Shown: positions 30,241 to 40,952 of the stretch, piece by piece
Position numbering within the stretch: position 1 is the stretch's first letter
How the letters are laid out: each line of letters starts with the position of its first letter
Source of the DNA: Candidatus Stercoripulliclostridium merdipullorum
GTDB lineage: Bacteria > Bacillota > Clostridia > Christensenellales > DTU072
Direction of reading: 5' to 3'
Assembly: GCA_018713745.1 (NCBI GenBank)
Contig: DVOH01000024.1
Coordinates: 1,116 to 65,115 of the forward strand
DNA: 64,000 nt
Notes under the pieces: model-generated
The model's input: only the letters and a program-made list of their open reading frames with translations
What the model was told of the DNA's origin: nothing
The model's database searches: none
Position numbers and translations under genes: made by a program

Positions 30241-30654
30241 TTATTTTTTGTCGAATTCCTGCTCCGACATCAAGTCGGCGGTTGGTGCCCATTTTGCCAC
30301 GCTTGCAATCCCCGCTTTGCAGGACGCTTTGGTCGCGTAGCCTTCTTCGGCAATGCACAGAAGATTGCCGTTGTTGGCGCGCAGACGATAACGGAATTTG
30401 CCTTGTTTGTCGACATAAATTTCAAATTTCGGGTTGCTCAGCGTTTCATGGCCTTTTTGCAGGGTCTGATCTTCGATTTTGTCGATCGTGCAGAATTTGC
30501 GGACCGATTCGATGCCGCTCTTGCAGCTTTTCAGGTCGGTATATGCGCCTTCGCAGACGGCGATGGTCTCGTTGTTGGGTGCTTTCAGGCGGAAATTGAA
30601 GTTGCCTTTCGGGGTCTTGTAATAAATGAATTTCCCTTTGAGCTCGTTTGCCAT
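30241..30654 (-). CDS. YegP/DUF1508 (UPF0339) tandem-repeat protein
   Basis: Two repeats: KF.....G.F.FRLKA.N.E.I....Y.....C..GI.SV. SD AAGGAGG; promoter TTGACG-17-TATAAT (30716-30688). Confidence 0.9.
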   Translation of the reverse strand: MANELKGKFIYYKTPKGNFNFRLKAPNNETIAVCEGAYTDLKSCKSGIESVRKFCTIDKIEDQTLQKGHETLSNPKFEIYVDKQGKFRYRLRANNGNLLCIAEEGYATKASCKAGIASVAKWAPTADLMSEQEFDKK

Positions 30655-30850
30655 GGTTGCCTCCTTCGCTTTGGTAGGATATTTTTCATTATACCGCGCT
30701 TTTCCGCCCCCGTCAACCTCGGATTTCGGCGCGTCGATGCAATCTGCGGCCATTCGTTTGACGGGCTTCTTTGAATTATTTATAATGTTGATATATAATT
30801 ATATATAATTCTGCTCGGCGGAAACACAATGTTTCCGTGAGGAGGTTGCA

Positions 30851-31684
30851 ATGACCAGAATTTTGACCGTTCAGGATATTTCCTGCGTCGGACAGTGTTC
30901 GCTGACCGTCGCTTTGCCCATCGTGTCGGCTTGCGGTATCGAAACCGCCGTGCTGCCGACGGCGGTTTTATCCACGCATACCGCGTTTCGCCCCGGCTAT
31001 ACCTTCCGCGATCTTACCGACGATATCTTGCCGATTTCCGATCATTGGCGCAAGGAAGAGATTTACTTCGACGCCGTTTATACCGGCTATCTCGGCAGCA
31101 AACGGCAGGTCGATCTCATTTTGACCTTGGTCGATCGTCATCTCGCGCCCGGCGGAAAACTGATCGTCGATCCCGCAATGGCGGACGGCGGAAAACTGTA
31201 TGCGGGCTTCCCCGAAGATTTCCCCCGGGATATGGCGCGCCTTGTCGCCGCCGCGGATATTATTCTTCCCAATATTACCGAAGCGGCGCTTATGACGGGA
31301 CTACCTTTCCGCACCGAATACGACGAGGGGTACATTCTCGAACTCTTGCGCCGTCTGAACGCGATCGGCGCCAAAACCGTCGTGCTGACCGGAGTCTCCT
31401 TTTCGCCCGACAAGCTCGGCGTCGCCGTTTATGACGGGGAAGCGGACGCCGTACGCTACTATTTTACCGACAAAGAACCGCGCATGTCGCACGGCACGGG
31501 CGATGTTTACGCTTCGGCGTTTACCGGCGCGTTTATGAACGGTTTCGACGTTTACGAAAGCGCGGCAATCGCGGCGGACTATACCGTCCGCACCATTCGC
31601 GCAACGATCGGCGACGACGCGCATTGGTACGGCGTCAATTTCGAAAAGGAGCTGCGATACCTTGTCGAGCGGATCGGAAAGTAA
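30851..31684 (+). CDS. pdxK: Pyridoxal/pyridoxamine kinase
   Basis: QDISCVGQCSL, LSTHT, VDPAMADGG, PNITEA, HGTGD motifs. Confidence 0.88.
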   Translation: MTRILTVQDISCVGQCSLTVALPIVSACGIETAVLPTAVLSTHTAFRPGYTFRDLTDDILPISDHWRKEEIYFDAVYTGYLGSKRQVDLILTLVDRHLAPGGKLIVDPAMADGGKLYAGFPEDFPRDMARLVAAADIILPNITEAALMTGLPFRTEYDEGYILELLRRLNAIGAKTVVLTGVSFSPDKLGVAVYDGEADAVRYYFTDKEPRMSHGTGDVYASAFTGAFMNGFDVYESAAIAADYTVRTIRATIGDDAHWYGVNFEKELRYLVERIGK

Positions 31685-32828
31685 TCGAAAGGGCGTTCGG
31701 GACGCCCTTTTTCAAACAGAAAACAAAAGGGGACAAGAAGTTGCTTCCGAGCATCTTCGCGCCCTCGTGTCCCTTCTGCTTCCGTGGTTTGACCGACACA
31801 AAAGAGATTTGCCGTGGCGTCGGGACAAGACGCCCTATACCACCTGGATCTCGGAAATCATGTTGCAGCAGACGCGCGTCGAAGCCGTCAAGGGATATTA
31901 TCTGAGGTTTGTGCGCGCTTTGCCGACGGCAGCCGATCTTGCCGCCTGTCCCGAAGACCGTCTGATGAAACTATGGGAAGGACTGGGATATTACAGCCGC
32001 GTCCGCAATCTCCAAAAAGCCGCCCGTATCGTCGTTGAGCGTTACGGCGGGCAGTTGCCTGCCGATTACGCGGCGTTACGCGCGTTGCCCGGGATCGGCG
32101 ACTACACCGCGGGGGCAATCGCGTCGATTGCCTTCGGGCTTCCCGTTCCCGCCGTTGACGGCAATGTGTTGCGCGTCATTGCCCGCTATGCCGACGATGA
32201 CGGCAACATTGACGATCCCGCCGTCCGCAAACGCGTTGCGGCGTCGCTTCGGGCGGTTTATCCCGCCGAGCGGTGCGGCGATCTGACCGAGTCGCTGATG
32301 GAGCTCGGCGCGACGGTATGCCTCCCCAACGGTGCGCCGCTTTGCGCCGATTGTCCCTTGCGGTCGCGTTGCCTTGCTTTCCGAAACGGTACGGTCTCCG
32401 ATCTGCCCGTACGCAAAGAGAAGCCTCCCCGTCGGATCGAGCGTCATACCGTACTATGGATTACGGACGGGCAGGGGGTCGCTTTGATTCGCCGTGCCGC
32501 ACGCGGTGTGCTGGGCGGGCAGTGGGCACCGCCGACGACGGAAGGCGCTTTGTCCGAAGCGGAAGTGCGCAAGCTGCTGTGCGAAGCGGATTGCCGAATT
32601 CTTACGCTGACGCCGCAACCGAACTATATCCACGTTTTTACGCACATCGAGTGGCACAATACCGTTTATCTTGCCGTCGTACAAGCAATTCCGTCGCAAT
32701 GGCGCCGTGTGACAGCCGATGAATTGCAACGGGAAGTCGCTTTGCCGGCGGCGTTTCCGATGCCGCATGCGCTCAAAAACGGAGCATCGGGCGCCTTAGA
32801 CGCTCTTCCGAAATCTAAAAATGTATAA
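31662..32828 (+). CDS. mutY: A/G-specific adenine glycosylase (start uncertain; GTG at 31767 is possible)
   Basis: WISEIMLQQT, WEGLGYYSR, LPGIGDYTA, VDGNVLRV, 4Fe-4S motif CLPNGAPLCADCPLRSRC. Confidence 0.93.
   Translation: MSSGSESNRKGVRDALFQTENKRGQEVASEHLRALVSLLLPWFDRHKRDLPWRRDKTPYTTWISEIMLQQTRVEAVKGYYLRFVRALPTAADLAACPEDRLMKLWEGLGYYSRVRNLQKAARIVVERYGGQLPADYAALRALPGIGDYTAGAIASIAFGLPVPAVDGNVLRVIARYADDDGNIDDPAVRKRVAASLRAVYPAERCGDLTESLMELGATVCLPNGAPLCADCPLRSRCLAFRNGTVSDLPVRKEKPPRRIERHTVLWITDGQGVALIRRAARGVLGGQWAPPTTEGALSEAEVRKLLCEADCRILTLTPQPNYIHVFTHIEWHNTVYLAVVQAIPSQWRRVTADELQREVALPAAFPMPHALKNGASGALDALPKSKNV
31687..31713 (+). terminator. Terminator after pdxK
   Basis: gaaagggcgt-tcggg-acgccctttttc. 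Confidence 0.7.
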
Positions 32829-32924
32829 TTATGCATAATATGTGCAAAATTATGAATAAAATTATAAAATAATCCAAAAATAACGTATTAAATGCTTGAC
32901 TTAATTTTTTGTGAGTGCTAAGAT
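32820..32924 (+). promoter_or_regulatory. ARG boxes and sigmaA promoter of the arg operon
   Basis: AATGTATAATTATGCATA plus weaker copies (TATGAATAAAATT) resemble the ArgR box. TTGACT (32896)-17-TAAGAT with an extended TG. Confidence 0.7.
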
Positions 32925-32956
32925 AGACGTATTCTCAACGGAGGCGACTCATTGTT

Positions 32957-34192
32957 ATGAAAGATAAAAAGATCAAAAAAATCGTATTGGCATATTCGGG
33001 CGGGCTGGACACTTCGATTATTATCCCCTGGCTGAAGGAGAACTACGATAACCCCGAGATCATTGCCGTTTCGGGCGACGTCGGACAAGGGACGGAGCTG
33101 GACGGACTCGAGGAAAAAGCGATCAAGACGGGTGCGAGCAAACTTTATGTTCTCGACCTCAAAGAAGCGTTTATCCAAGACTATGTATATCCGACCTTGC
33201 AGGCGGGTGCCAAATACGAAGGCGAATATCTGCTCGGCACGGCGTTTGCGCGTCCGATCATTGCCAAAGGCATTGTCGACATTGCCAAAAAAGAAGGCGC
33301 CGACGCCATCTGCCACGGCTGCACGGGGAAAGGCAACGATCAGGTTCGGTTTGAACTGACGATCAAGGCATTTGCCCCCGAAATGAAAATCATTGCGCCT
33401 TGGCGGGAATGGAGCATCAAGTCGCGCGACGAAGAAATCGACTATGCCGAAGCGCACAACGTGCCGCTCAAAATCAATCGCGAGACCAGCTACAGCAAGG
33501 ACAAGAACCTGTGGCACCTCTCGCACGAAGGGCTGGATCTCGAAGATCCCGCCAACGAACCGCAGTATGACAAAGAGGGATTTTTGGAGATGGGCGTCAG
33601 CCCCATGCAGGCACCCGACAAGGCGACGTATATCACGATTTCGTTTGAGAAGGGTGTGCCCGTCAAGCTGAACGGCGAAACCTTAAACGGCGTGGATATG
33701 GTCACCAAACTTAACAAATTGGGTGGCGAAAACGGCATCGGTCTTGCCGATATTATCGAGAATCGTCTGGTCGGCATGAAGTCGCGCGGCGTGTACGAAA
33801 CGCCGGGCGGAGCCATTCTTTACAAGGCGCACGACATCCTCGAGAGTCTGACGCTCGACCGCGACACGATGCACTACAAAAAGCTGGTTGCCGAGCAGTT
33901 TGCCGAGCTTGTTTATTTCGGAAAGTGGTTTACGCCCCTTCGCGAAAGTCTTTCGGCTTTTGTCACCAAGACGCAGGAGTACGTTACGGGGGACGTCAAA
34001 CTCAAACTGTACAAAGGCAACATCATTCCCGCGGGAGTCACCTCTCCGTACTCGCTCTATGACGAAGAGATTGCGACGTTTGCCGCCGACGAAGTTTATG
34101 ATCAAAAAGATTCGGCAGGATTCATCAACCTGTTCGGTCTGTCGCTGAAAGTCGGCGCGCACATGAAAAAGAAAAACGGTATCACAGACTGA
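32957..34192 (+). CDS. argG: Argininosuccinate synthase
   Basis: [32 protein letters not shown] motifs. Confidence 0.98.
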   Translation: MKDKKIKKIVLAYSGGLDTSIIIPWLKENYDNPEIIAVSGDVGQGTELDGLEEKAIKTGASKLYVLDLKEAFIQDYVYPTLQAGAKYEGEYLLGTAFARPIIAKGIVDIAKKEGADAICHGCTGKGNDQVRFELTIKAFAPEMKIIAPWREWSIKSRDEEIDYAEAHNVPLKINRETSYSKDKNLWHLSHEGLDLEDPANEPQYDKEGFLEMGVSPMQAPDKATYITISFEKGVPVKLNGETLNGVDMVTKLNKLGGENGIGLADIIENRLVGMKSRGVYETPGGAILYKAHDILESLTLDRDTMHYKKLVAEQFAELVYFGKWFTPLRESLSAFVTKTQEYVTGDVKLKLYKGNIIPAGVTSPYSLYDEEIATFAADEVYDQKDSAGFINLFGLSLKVGAHMKKKNGITD

Positions 34193-34228
34193 TCGGACGG
34201 GGACGGCGATGCCGTCCCCGCATTCTCT

Positions 34229-35155
34229 ATGGCAATGAAAAAGATTTTTATCGACGGAAAAGAAGGTACGACCGGGCTTGAGATCTTTCATCGGCTTCAG
34301 GGCAGGGCGGGGATCGAGATTGTCACGCTCCCCGAACATTTGCGCAAAGATCCCGACGCGCGGAGAGAGGCGTCTCTTGCAAGCGATCTGACGGTTTTGT
34401 GTTTGCCCGACCGTGCCGCCGCCGAGGCGGTCAAGGCGCTGGAAGGCAGTTCGGCGCGCATCATCGACGCGTCGACGGCACACCGTACCGCGCCCGGTTG
34501 GGTTTACGGCTTTGCCGAGCTTAACAAGAGACAAGCTGAGGCAATCGCCGCGGCACAACGGGTTGCCAATCCCGGATGTCACGCGACGGGACTGATTGCC
34601 GCCCTCGCGCCTTTGGTTGACAAGGGCGAGGTCGATCCTTCCGAGTCGATCTCCTGCTTCTCGCTGACGGGTTACAGCGGCGGGGGCAAAAAGATGATCG
34701 CGGAGTACGAAAGCGAGGGGCGCGACGTTGCATTGCAGTCCCCGCGGATTTACGCCTTGGGACAAACACATAAGCACTTGCCCGAGATGACGCATTACTG
34801 CCGCTTGACTTCGGCTCCCGTATTTTCGCCCGTCGTTGCCGACTTTTACCGCGGAATGGCGGTTACGGTATTTTTGCCGGGGAAAGCGGGGCGCACGCCC
34901 GATGCGATTGCGGATTGCCTTTTCAAGCATTACGCGGCGTATCCCAATATTAAGGTTTCGATGCAGGACGGCGCAATGCTTGCCGCAAACCGCTATGCAG
35001 GGAAGGACGGCTTGGAACTGGTGATCGGCGGCACCGAAGGAAGAGTGACGGTTACGGCGCTGTTTGACAATCTCGGCAAAGGGGCGTCGGGTGCCGCGGT
35101 ACAAAATATCAATCTGATGCTCGGATTCGGGCAGTACGAAGGACTTGTGTTATGA
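34229..35155 (+). CDS. argC: N-acetyl-gamma-glutamyl-phosphate reductase (short type 2)
   Basis: IFIDGKEGTTGL, DASTAHR, ANPGCHAT, DNLGKGASGAAVQN motifs. Confidence 0.96.
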   Translation: MAMKKIFIDGKEGTTGLEIFHRLQGRAGIEIVTLPEHLRKDPDARREASLASDLTVLCLPDRAAAEAVKALEGSSARIIDASTAHRTAPGWVYGFAELNKRQAEAIAAAQRVANPGCHATGLIAALAPLVDKGEVDPSESISCFSLTGYSGGGKKMIAEYESEGRDVALQSPRIYALGQTHKHLPEMTHYCRLTSAPVFSPVVADFYRGMAVTVFLPGKAGRTPDAIADCLFKHYAAYPNIKVSMQDGAMLAANRYAGKDGLELVIGGTEGRVTVTALFDNLGKGASGAAVQNINLMLGFGQYEGLVL

Positions 35156-36375
35156 CGGAGTTTCAATGGATTTCGGGCGGGATCACCGCGCCCAAAGGAT
35201 TTTGCGCCGCAGGCGTGCATGCGGGGATCCGCAGGAACAGAACCAAAAAAGACCTTGCGCTGATTGTATCGGACGTTCGCTGCGCGGCGGCTGCGGTTTA
35301 TACACAGAACAAAGTCAAAGGCGCGCCGATCGGCGTGACGCGGGAGCATCTTGCGGACGGATATGCCCAAGCCGTCATCGTCAACAGCGGCAACGCCAAT
35401 ACCTGCAACGCCAACGGCGTCGAAATTGCCGAAGGGATGTGTCGCTTGGTCGAAACCCATACGGGAATTGCCGCAAACGACGTTATCGTCGCTTCGACGG
35501 GCGTGATCGGGCAGGAAATGACGCTCGATCCCATCGCCGCGGCAATGGAGGGATTGACGGCTTCGCTTGCCAAAAACGGGTCGCTTGCGGCGGCGGAAGC
35601 GATTATGACGACCGACACCGTCGTCAAAGAAAAAACACTGAGATTTATGTTGGACGGCAAGCCCTGCACGATCGGGTGTATTGCCAAAGGCTCGGGGATG
35701 ATTCATCCCAATATGGCGACGATGCTGGTATTTGTCACCACCGACGTCGCAATCGAATCGGAGCTTCTGAAAGAAGCAGTCTCCGCCGACGTCAAAAAAT
35801 CGTTTAATATGATCAGCGTCGACGGGGATACTTCGACCAACGATATGTTGTGCGTCATGGCTTCGGGTCTTGCCGGCAATCGCACGATTGCCGAAAAGGA
35901 CGCCGATTACGACACCTTCTGTCAGGCACTTCGTCTTGTCACCGTAGCGGTCAGCAAAATGATCGCCAAGGACGGCGAGGGGGCAACCAAACTGCTCGAG
36001 TGCCGGGTCACGGGGGCGTCGGACGAAGTTAGCGCCGTCGTCATTGCCAAAAGCGTTATTACAAGCAGCTTGTTTAAGGCGGCGATGTTCGGCGCGGACG
36101 CCAACTGGGGCAGGGTGCTTTGCGCGATCGGATACAGCGGCGCCGACGTCGACGTCGACCGTATCGATATTTCGTTTGCCTCGGCAGAGGGCGAAATCGT
36201 CGTTTGCCGGCAGGGTTCGGGCGTTCCGTTCGACGAAGAGGCCGCCAAGCGGATTCTGTTGAAAGACGAAATCGTCATCCGGATTGCATGCAACGACGGC
36301 AACGGAGAGGCGACGGCATGGGGCTGCGATCTGACATACGATTATGTCAGGATCAACGGCGATTATCGGACCTGA
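35152..36375 (+). CDS. argJ: Bifunctional ornithine acetyltransferase / N-acetylglutamate synthase
   Basis: NSGNAN, KGSGMIHPNMATML, DGDTSTND, DGEGATK motifs. Confidence 0.97.
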   Translation: MTEFQWISGGITAPKGFCAAGVHAGIRRNRTKKDLALIVSDVRCAAAAVYTQNKVKGAPIGVTREHLADGYAQAVIVNSGNANTCNANGVEIAEGMCRLVETHTGIAANDVIVASTGVIGQEMTLDPIAAAMEGLTASLAKNGSLAAAEAIMTTDTVVKEKTLRFMLDGKPCTIGCIAKGSGMIHPNMATMLVFVTTDVAIESELLKEAVSADVKKSFNMISVDGDTSTNDMLCVMASGLAGNRTIAEKDADYDTFCQALRLVTVAVSKMIAKDGEGATKLLECRVTGASDEVSAVVIAKSVITSSLFKAAMFGADANWGRVLCAIGYSGADVDVDRIDISFASAEGEIVVCRQGSGVPFDEEAAKRILLKDEIVIRIACNDGNGEATAWGCDLTYDYVRINGDYRT

Positions 36376-36385
36376 AGGAGGGGAT

Positions 36386-37237
36386 ATGGAAGCGGACGTC
36401 AAACAAAAAGCGGAAATTCTGGTACAGGCATTGCCGTATATTCATCAGTATAACGGCAAGATTCTCGTCATCAAATACGGCGGCAACGCGATGATCAACG
36501 AAACGCTGAAAAAAGCCGTCATGAGCGACCTGGTGTTGCTTTACAAAACGGGCGTCAAGATCGTGTTGGTGCACGGCGGCGGACCCGAAATCAACGAAGC
36601 CCTCAAAAAAATGGGGATCGAAACAAAGTTTGTCGGCGGACTCCGTCAGACCGACCGCGCGACGGTCGAAGTGGTGCAGATGGTGCTTGCGGGCAAGGTC
36701 AACAAAGATCTGGTCAATCTGATCGAAAACGAAGGCGGCAAGGCGATGGGGTTGTCGGGGATAGACGGGCATATGCTGGAGTGCAGACCCGTTTCGGCAG
36801 AACTCGGTTATGTCGGCGCGATCGAAAGGGTTGACGTCGAACCCGTCCTCAGCGTTTTGGAAGCGGGATATATCCCCGTCATCAGCACGGTGGGCTGTGA
36901 TAAAGAGGGGAACGTGTACAATATTAACGCCGATACGGTTGCGGCGGCGATTGCGGGGAGTCTGAAAGCCGAAGCGCTGATCTCGATGACGGATATCCGC
37001 GGGATTTTACGCGACAAAAACGACGAGAATTCTCTGATTCCCGTCGTGCAGGTCAGCGAAGCGCCGCAACTGATCCGAGAGGGAATTATCTCGGGCGGAA
37101 TGATTCCGAAGATCGAGTGTTCGGTCGAAGCCATCCGTCGCGGCGTCAGCAAAGTTTTTATCATCGACGGCAGGATGCCGCACGCGATTCTGATCGAAAT
37201 TCTGTCCGATCAAGGGATCGGAACCATGTTTTGTTAG
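36386..37237 (+). CDS. argB: Acetylglutamate kinase
   Basis: KYGGNAM, VHGGGPEI, NINADT, GGMIPK. Start MEADVK after SD AAGGAGG. Confidence 0.97.
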   Translation: MEADVKQKAEILVQALPYIHQYNGKILVIKYGGNAMINETLKKAVMSDLVLLYKTGVKIVLVHGGGPEINEALKKMGIETKFVGGLRQTDRATVEVVQMVLAGKVNKDLVNLIENEGGKAMGLSGIDGHMLECRPVSAELGYVGAIERVDVEPVLSVLEAGYIPVISTVGCDKEGNVYNINADTVAAAIAGSLKAEALISMTDIRGILRDKNDENSLIPVVQVSEAPQLIREGIISGGMIPKIECSVEAIRRGVSKVFIIDGRMPHAILIEILSDQGIGTMFC

Positions 37238-37245
37238 GAGGCGAT

Positions 37246-38400
37246 ATGAATACGATTGAAACCGACCGGCAATACGTCGCCCCGACTTATCGGCGAGAAA
37301 GCGTCGTCTTTGTCAAAGGGAAAGGCAGTCTGTTGTTTGACGAAACAGGCAAGGAGTATATTGATTTCGGCAGCGGAATCGGAGTCAATGCTTTGGGAGT
37401 AGGGGATCCCGAATGGACGGATGCGGTTACCCGTCAGATCGAAAAGCTACCGCATATCAGCAATCTTTATCATACCGCTCCGTGTGCCGAGCTTGCTGCC
37501 GAACTGGTCGGACGGACGGGGATGGCAAAGGTGTTTTTCTGCAATTCCGGCACGGAAGCCAACGAGGCGGCGATCAAAGCTTGTCGCAAATATTCCTTTG
37601 ACCGTTACGGTCGGGAGCGTTATAAGATCGTGACGTTGGAGCGATCCTTCCACGGCAGAACGCTTGCCGCGCTTTCGGCAACGGGGCAGCCCGATCTGCA
37701 GACGCCCTTTGTGCCAGTTGTCGAAGGGTTCCGATATGTCAAGGCCGGGGATCTTGCCGCGATGCGGGAAGCGATCGGTGACGATACCGCCGCGGTGATG
37801 ATCGAGATGATCCAGGGAGAAGGCGGCGTCAACGTCCTCGATGCCGAATATGTTGCGGCGGTTGCCGCGATGTGTAAAGAAAAAGACGTTTTGCTGGTCG
37901 TCGACGAAGTGCAGACCGGCAACGGCAGAACGGGGACGTTGTACGCCTATCAAGGATACGGGATAGAGCCCGATCTCGTGACGACGGCAAAAGGACTGGG
38001 CAACGGCTTGCCGATCGGAGCGGTGCTGTTTAACCAAAAGACCGCTTGCGTTTTGTCGGCGGGTTCGCACGGCTCGACGTTCGGCGGCAATCCCGTGGCG
38101 ACGGCGGGGGCATTGGCGGTGCTGAAGAAGCTGACGCCCGATTTTCTTGCCGAAGTCGAACGGAAAGGGGCGTATATGCGTATGCGGCTTGCGGCGATGA
38201 AAGGCGTCAAGGGCGTAACGGGCAAAGGTCTGATGATCGGCGTCGCCGTAGAAGATGCCGCCAAAGTCAAAAGCGCGTGTCTGACAAAAGGACTTGTCGT
38301 ACTGACGGCAAAAGACAAAGTGCGGCTGTTGCCCGCGCTCAATATTCCCGACGAGCTGATCGATCGGGGGCTGAATATTATGGAGGAAGCGTTGCAATGA
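37246..38400 (+). CDS. argD: Acetylornithine aminotransferase
   Basis: NSGTEANEAAIK, SFHGRT, DEVQTG, TAKGLGNG, HGSTFGGNP motifs. Confidence 0.95.
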   Translation: MNTIETDRQYVAPTYRRESVVFVKGKGSLLFDETGKEYIDFGSGIGVNALGVGDPEWTDAVTRQIEKLPHISNLYHTAPCAELAAELVGRTGMAKVFFCNSGTEANEAAIKACRKYSFDRYGRERYKIVTLERSFHGRTLAALSATGQPDLQTPFVPVVEGFRYVKAGDLAAMREAIGDDTAAVMIEMIQGEGGVNVLDAEYVAAVAAMCKEKDVLLVVDEVQTGNGRTGTLYAYQGYGIEPDLVTTAKGLGNGLPIGAVLFNQKTACVLSAGSHGSTFGGNPVATAGALAVLKKLTPDFLAEVERKGAYMRMRLAAMKGVKGVTGKGLMIGVAVEDAAKVKSACLTKGLVVLTAKDKVRLLPALNIPDELIDRGLNIMEEALQ

Positions 38401-39299
38401 AACATCTGTTGAAGCTACAGGATCTGTCCGAGCAGGAAATTTATCAAATTCTCAATACCGCCGATCAGTTGAAGTATGAGCTGAAGCACGGGATCGCCCA
38501 TCCCAAGTTGAAAGGGAAAACGCTTGCGATGATTTTCAGCAAGTCCTCGACGCGAACGCGCGTTTCGTTTGAAACGGGAATGTTTCAGTTGGGCGGACAG
38601 GCGTTGTTTTTGAGTTCGCGCGATATTCAGCTCGGGCGCGGAGAGCCGATCGAAGATACCGCACGGGTTCTGTCGCGCTATGTCGACGGCATTATGATCC
38701 GCACCTTCCGTCAGTCCGACGTCGAAGATCTTGCCCGTTACGGCACGATCCCGGTGATCAACGGACTGACCGACTATTGCCATCCCTGCCAGGTGCTTGC
38801 CGACCTGATGACGATCCGCGAGCATAAGGGAAGCCTCAAAAATCTTAAGATGACCTTTGTCGGCGACGGCAACAATATGGCAAACAGTCTGATCGTCGGA
38901 GCCGTCAAAGTCGGCATGAAAATCACGGTTTGTTGTCCCGAAGGATATTATCCGGATGCTCAAATTGTCGAATACGGAAAACAAAGCGGATTGCTGGAGA
39001 TAACGTCCGATCCCGTTTCGGGGGCAAAAGACGCCGACGTTGTTTATACCGACGTATGGGCAAGCATGGGGCAGGAGGAAGAAGCGGAAATCCGTAAGCA
39101 GGCATTTAAGGGGTTCTGTGTCGACGACGCCGTGATGCAGGCGGCAAAAAAGGATGCCATGGTTTTGCACTGTCTGCCCGCTCATCGCGGCGAAGAAATC
39201 ACGGCAGACGTGCTCGAAGCGCACGCACAGGAAATTTTTGACCAGGCGGAAAACCGCTTGCATGCCCAAAAAGCCGTTATGGTGCTGACGATGGCTTAA
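38397..39299 (+). CDS. argF: Ornithine carbamoyltransferase
   Basis: SSTRTRVSFE, HPCQ, SMG, HCLP motifs. Confidence 0.97.
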   Translation: MKHLLKLQDLSEQEIYQILNTADQLKYELKHGIAHPKLKGKTLAMIFSKSSTRTRVSFETGMFQLGGQALFLSSRDIQLGRGEPIEDTARVLSRYVDGIMIRTFRQSDVEDLARYGTIPVINGLTDYCHPCQVLADLMTIREHKGSLKNLKMTFVGDGNNMANSLIVGAVKVGMKITVCCPEGYYPDAQIVEYGKQSGLLEITSDPVSGAKDADVVYTDVWASMGQEEEAEIRKQAFKGFCVDDAVMQAAKKDAMVLHCLPAHRGEEITADVLEAHAQEIFDQAENRLHAQKAVMVLTMA

Positions 39300-39317
39300 G
39301 GCAAAAACCCGATCGAC

Positions 39318-39343
39318 AAAAGGGCGTCGCGGCGCCCTTTTTT
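39318..39343 (+). terminator. Terminator of the arg operon
   Basis: aaaagggcgtc-gc-ggcgccctttttt. Confidence 0.75.
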
Positions 39344-39370
39344 CATACGGAATTTGCTCCGATTTCCCTA

Positions 39371-39410
39371 TTTACAAACCTATCCCCTTCCTATATAATA
39401 TTTATATTAT
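39371..39410 (+). promoter_or_regulatory. Promoter of the inositol cluster with a possible overlapping operator
   Basis: TTTACA-17-TATAAT; ATAATA-N4-TATTAT inverted repeat over the -10/+1 region. Confidence 0.5.
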
Positions 39411-39474
39411 CTTTTATCTTTCCGTTGTCGGAAAGGTCGGTGCGTTTTACGCATCTGATTGCAGGGAGGTATTT

Positions 39475-40938
39475 ATGGAGCACACCGATCGCAACTATAT
39501 CGGGAAAAAAGAGTTCTGGACGTTTGCCGCCGCGGCAGGCGGACAGGGGATGATTTACGCGATTATGTCGTCGTATATCTCCGACTTTTACCTCAACGTC
39601 ATGGGACTTTCGCCGCTGTTTGTGTTGTTGCTGATGTTGCTTGCCCGCATCTGGGACGCCGTCAACGACCCGATGATGGGCGCGCTTGCCGATCATACGC
39701 AGACCAAGTGGGGGAAATTCAAGCCCTATATCATCGTGACCCCCATCCCCGTTGCGGTGCTGACCGTTCTGTTGTTTTACGCTCCCGATATTTCCCCGAC
39801 CATGAAGATGGTGTATGCCGGCATCACCTATGTGCTGTGGGGGATGATTTATACGATGAGCGACGTGCCGTTCTGGGCGTTGCCCAACGCCATGACCCCC
39901 AACCCGAAAGAGCGTGCAAGACTGATTTCGATCGGTCGTACCGTCAACGGCGTCGGCTCCGCCGTTCCGATGGTGATCGTCATGGGGCTCGGGTGGATTC
40001 TGCCTCTGTTTAACCTCAGCGGCAATCAGCTCGAACAGACGCGCTATCTGACCGCCGCCCTGGTCGCGGCAGTCGTCGGCAATCTGATTTTCATTACGGT
40101 GTTCTTCACCGCAAAAGAGCGCGTCAATATTCCCAAACCCGTCAAACATCCCGACAACCCCGGCGTGCTGAAAGCAATGTTCCGATGCCGTCCGCTGATG
40201 ATCGTCGTCATTATGGGGATTCTTTCTTCCACCCGCTATCTTATGCAGGCAGGGGCCATTCACGTCGCCCGCTATGCCTTTTATATCGGGCCCGAAACCG
40301 TTACCGAAGCTGCGTTGCAGTCCAATATTTCCACCGTCAGCCTGGTGTTTTCGATCGCGACCGCCGTCGGTATGTTCGGTTCGATGGTCTTTTTGCCCAA
40401 ACTCTACAAAAAATTTAACTACAAACAGATTATCATCGGCAGCAATCTCATCGGGATGGTGTCTTGCCTGATCATCTATTTCATCGGCTATCGCAATTTC
40501 TGGTGGTGCGTACCCTTCCTCGTCATTTCCAGCATCCCGCTCGGGACGATGAACGTCACCTCTTACGCCATGATCGGTGACGCCCTCGATTATATGGAAT
40601 TGAAGACGGGGCTTCGCTCCAACGGTCTCGGCAATGCCTGCCAGTCCTTTGTCAACAAACTCGGCAACGCGCTTGCCACGACGTTTGTCGTACTGATGTA
40701 TATTATCGTCAATCTCGACATCAACAAGATCGGGACCGACTATACCGTCGACCCCAATACCCTCGATCACGGGGTTCGCAACGGAATGTTCCTGCTCGTT
40801 TCGCTGTTGCCGGCGGCGGGAATGTTGCTCAGCTCGATCCCCGTATTCTTTTACGATCTTGTCGGTGCCAAAAAAGATAAAATTACCGCAGAATTGCACA
40901 AAATGCGCGCCGAAAAAGGAATTGTCATCGAAGAATAA
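39475..40938 (+). CDS. MFS transporter, glycoside-pentoside-hexuronide (GPH):cation symporter family
   Basis: RIWDAVNDPMMG.LAD.T.TKWGKFKPY, DALDY.E.KTG motifs; about 12 TM segments. Confidence 0.92.
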   Translation: MEHTDRNYIGKKEFWTFAAAAGGQGMIYAIMSSYISDFYLNVMGLSPLFVLLLMLLARIWDAVNDPMMGALADHTQTKWGKFKPYIIVTPIPVAVLTVLLFYAPDISPTMKMVYAGITYVLWGMIYTMSDVPFWALPNAMTPNPKERARLISIGRTVNGVGSAVPMVIVMGLGWILPLFNLSGNQLEQTRYLTAALVAAVVGNLIFITVFFTAKERVNIPKPVKHPDNPGVLKAMFRCRPLMIVVIMGILSSTRYLMQAGAIHVARYAFYIGPETVTEAALQSNISTVSLVFSIATAVGMFGSMVFLPKLYKKFNYKQIIIGSNLIGMVSCLIIYFIGYRNFWWCVPFLVISSIPLGTMNVTSYAMIGDALDYMELKTGLRSNGLGNACQSFVNKLGNALATTFVVLMYIIVNLDINKIGTDYTVDPNTLDHGVRNGMFLLVSLLPAAGMLLSSIPVFFYDLVGAKKDKITAELHKMRAEKGIVIEE

Positions 40939-40952
40939 TCGCAGGAGGCATT

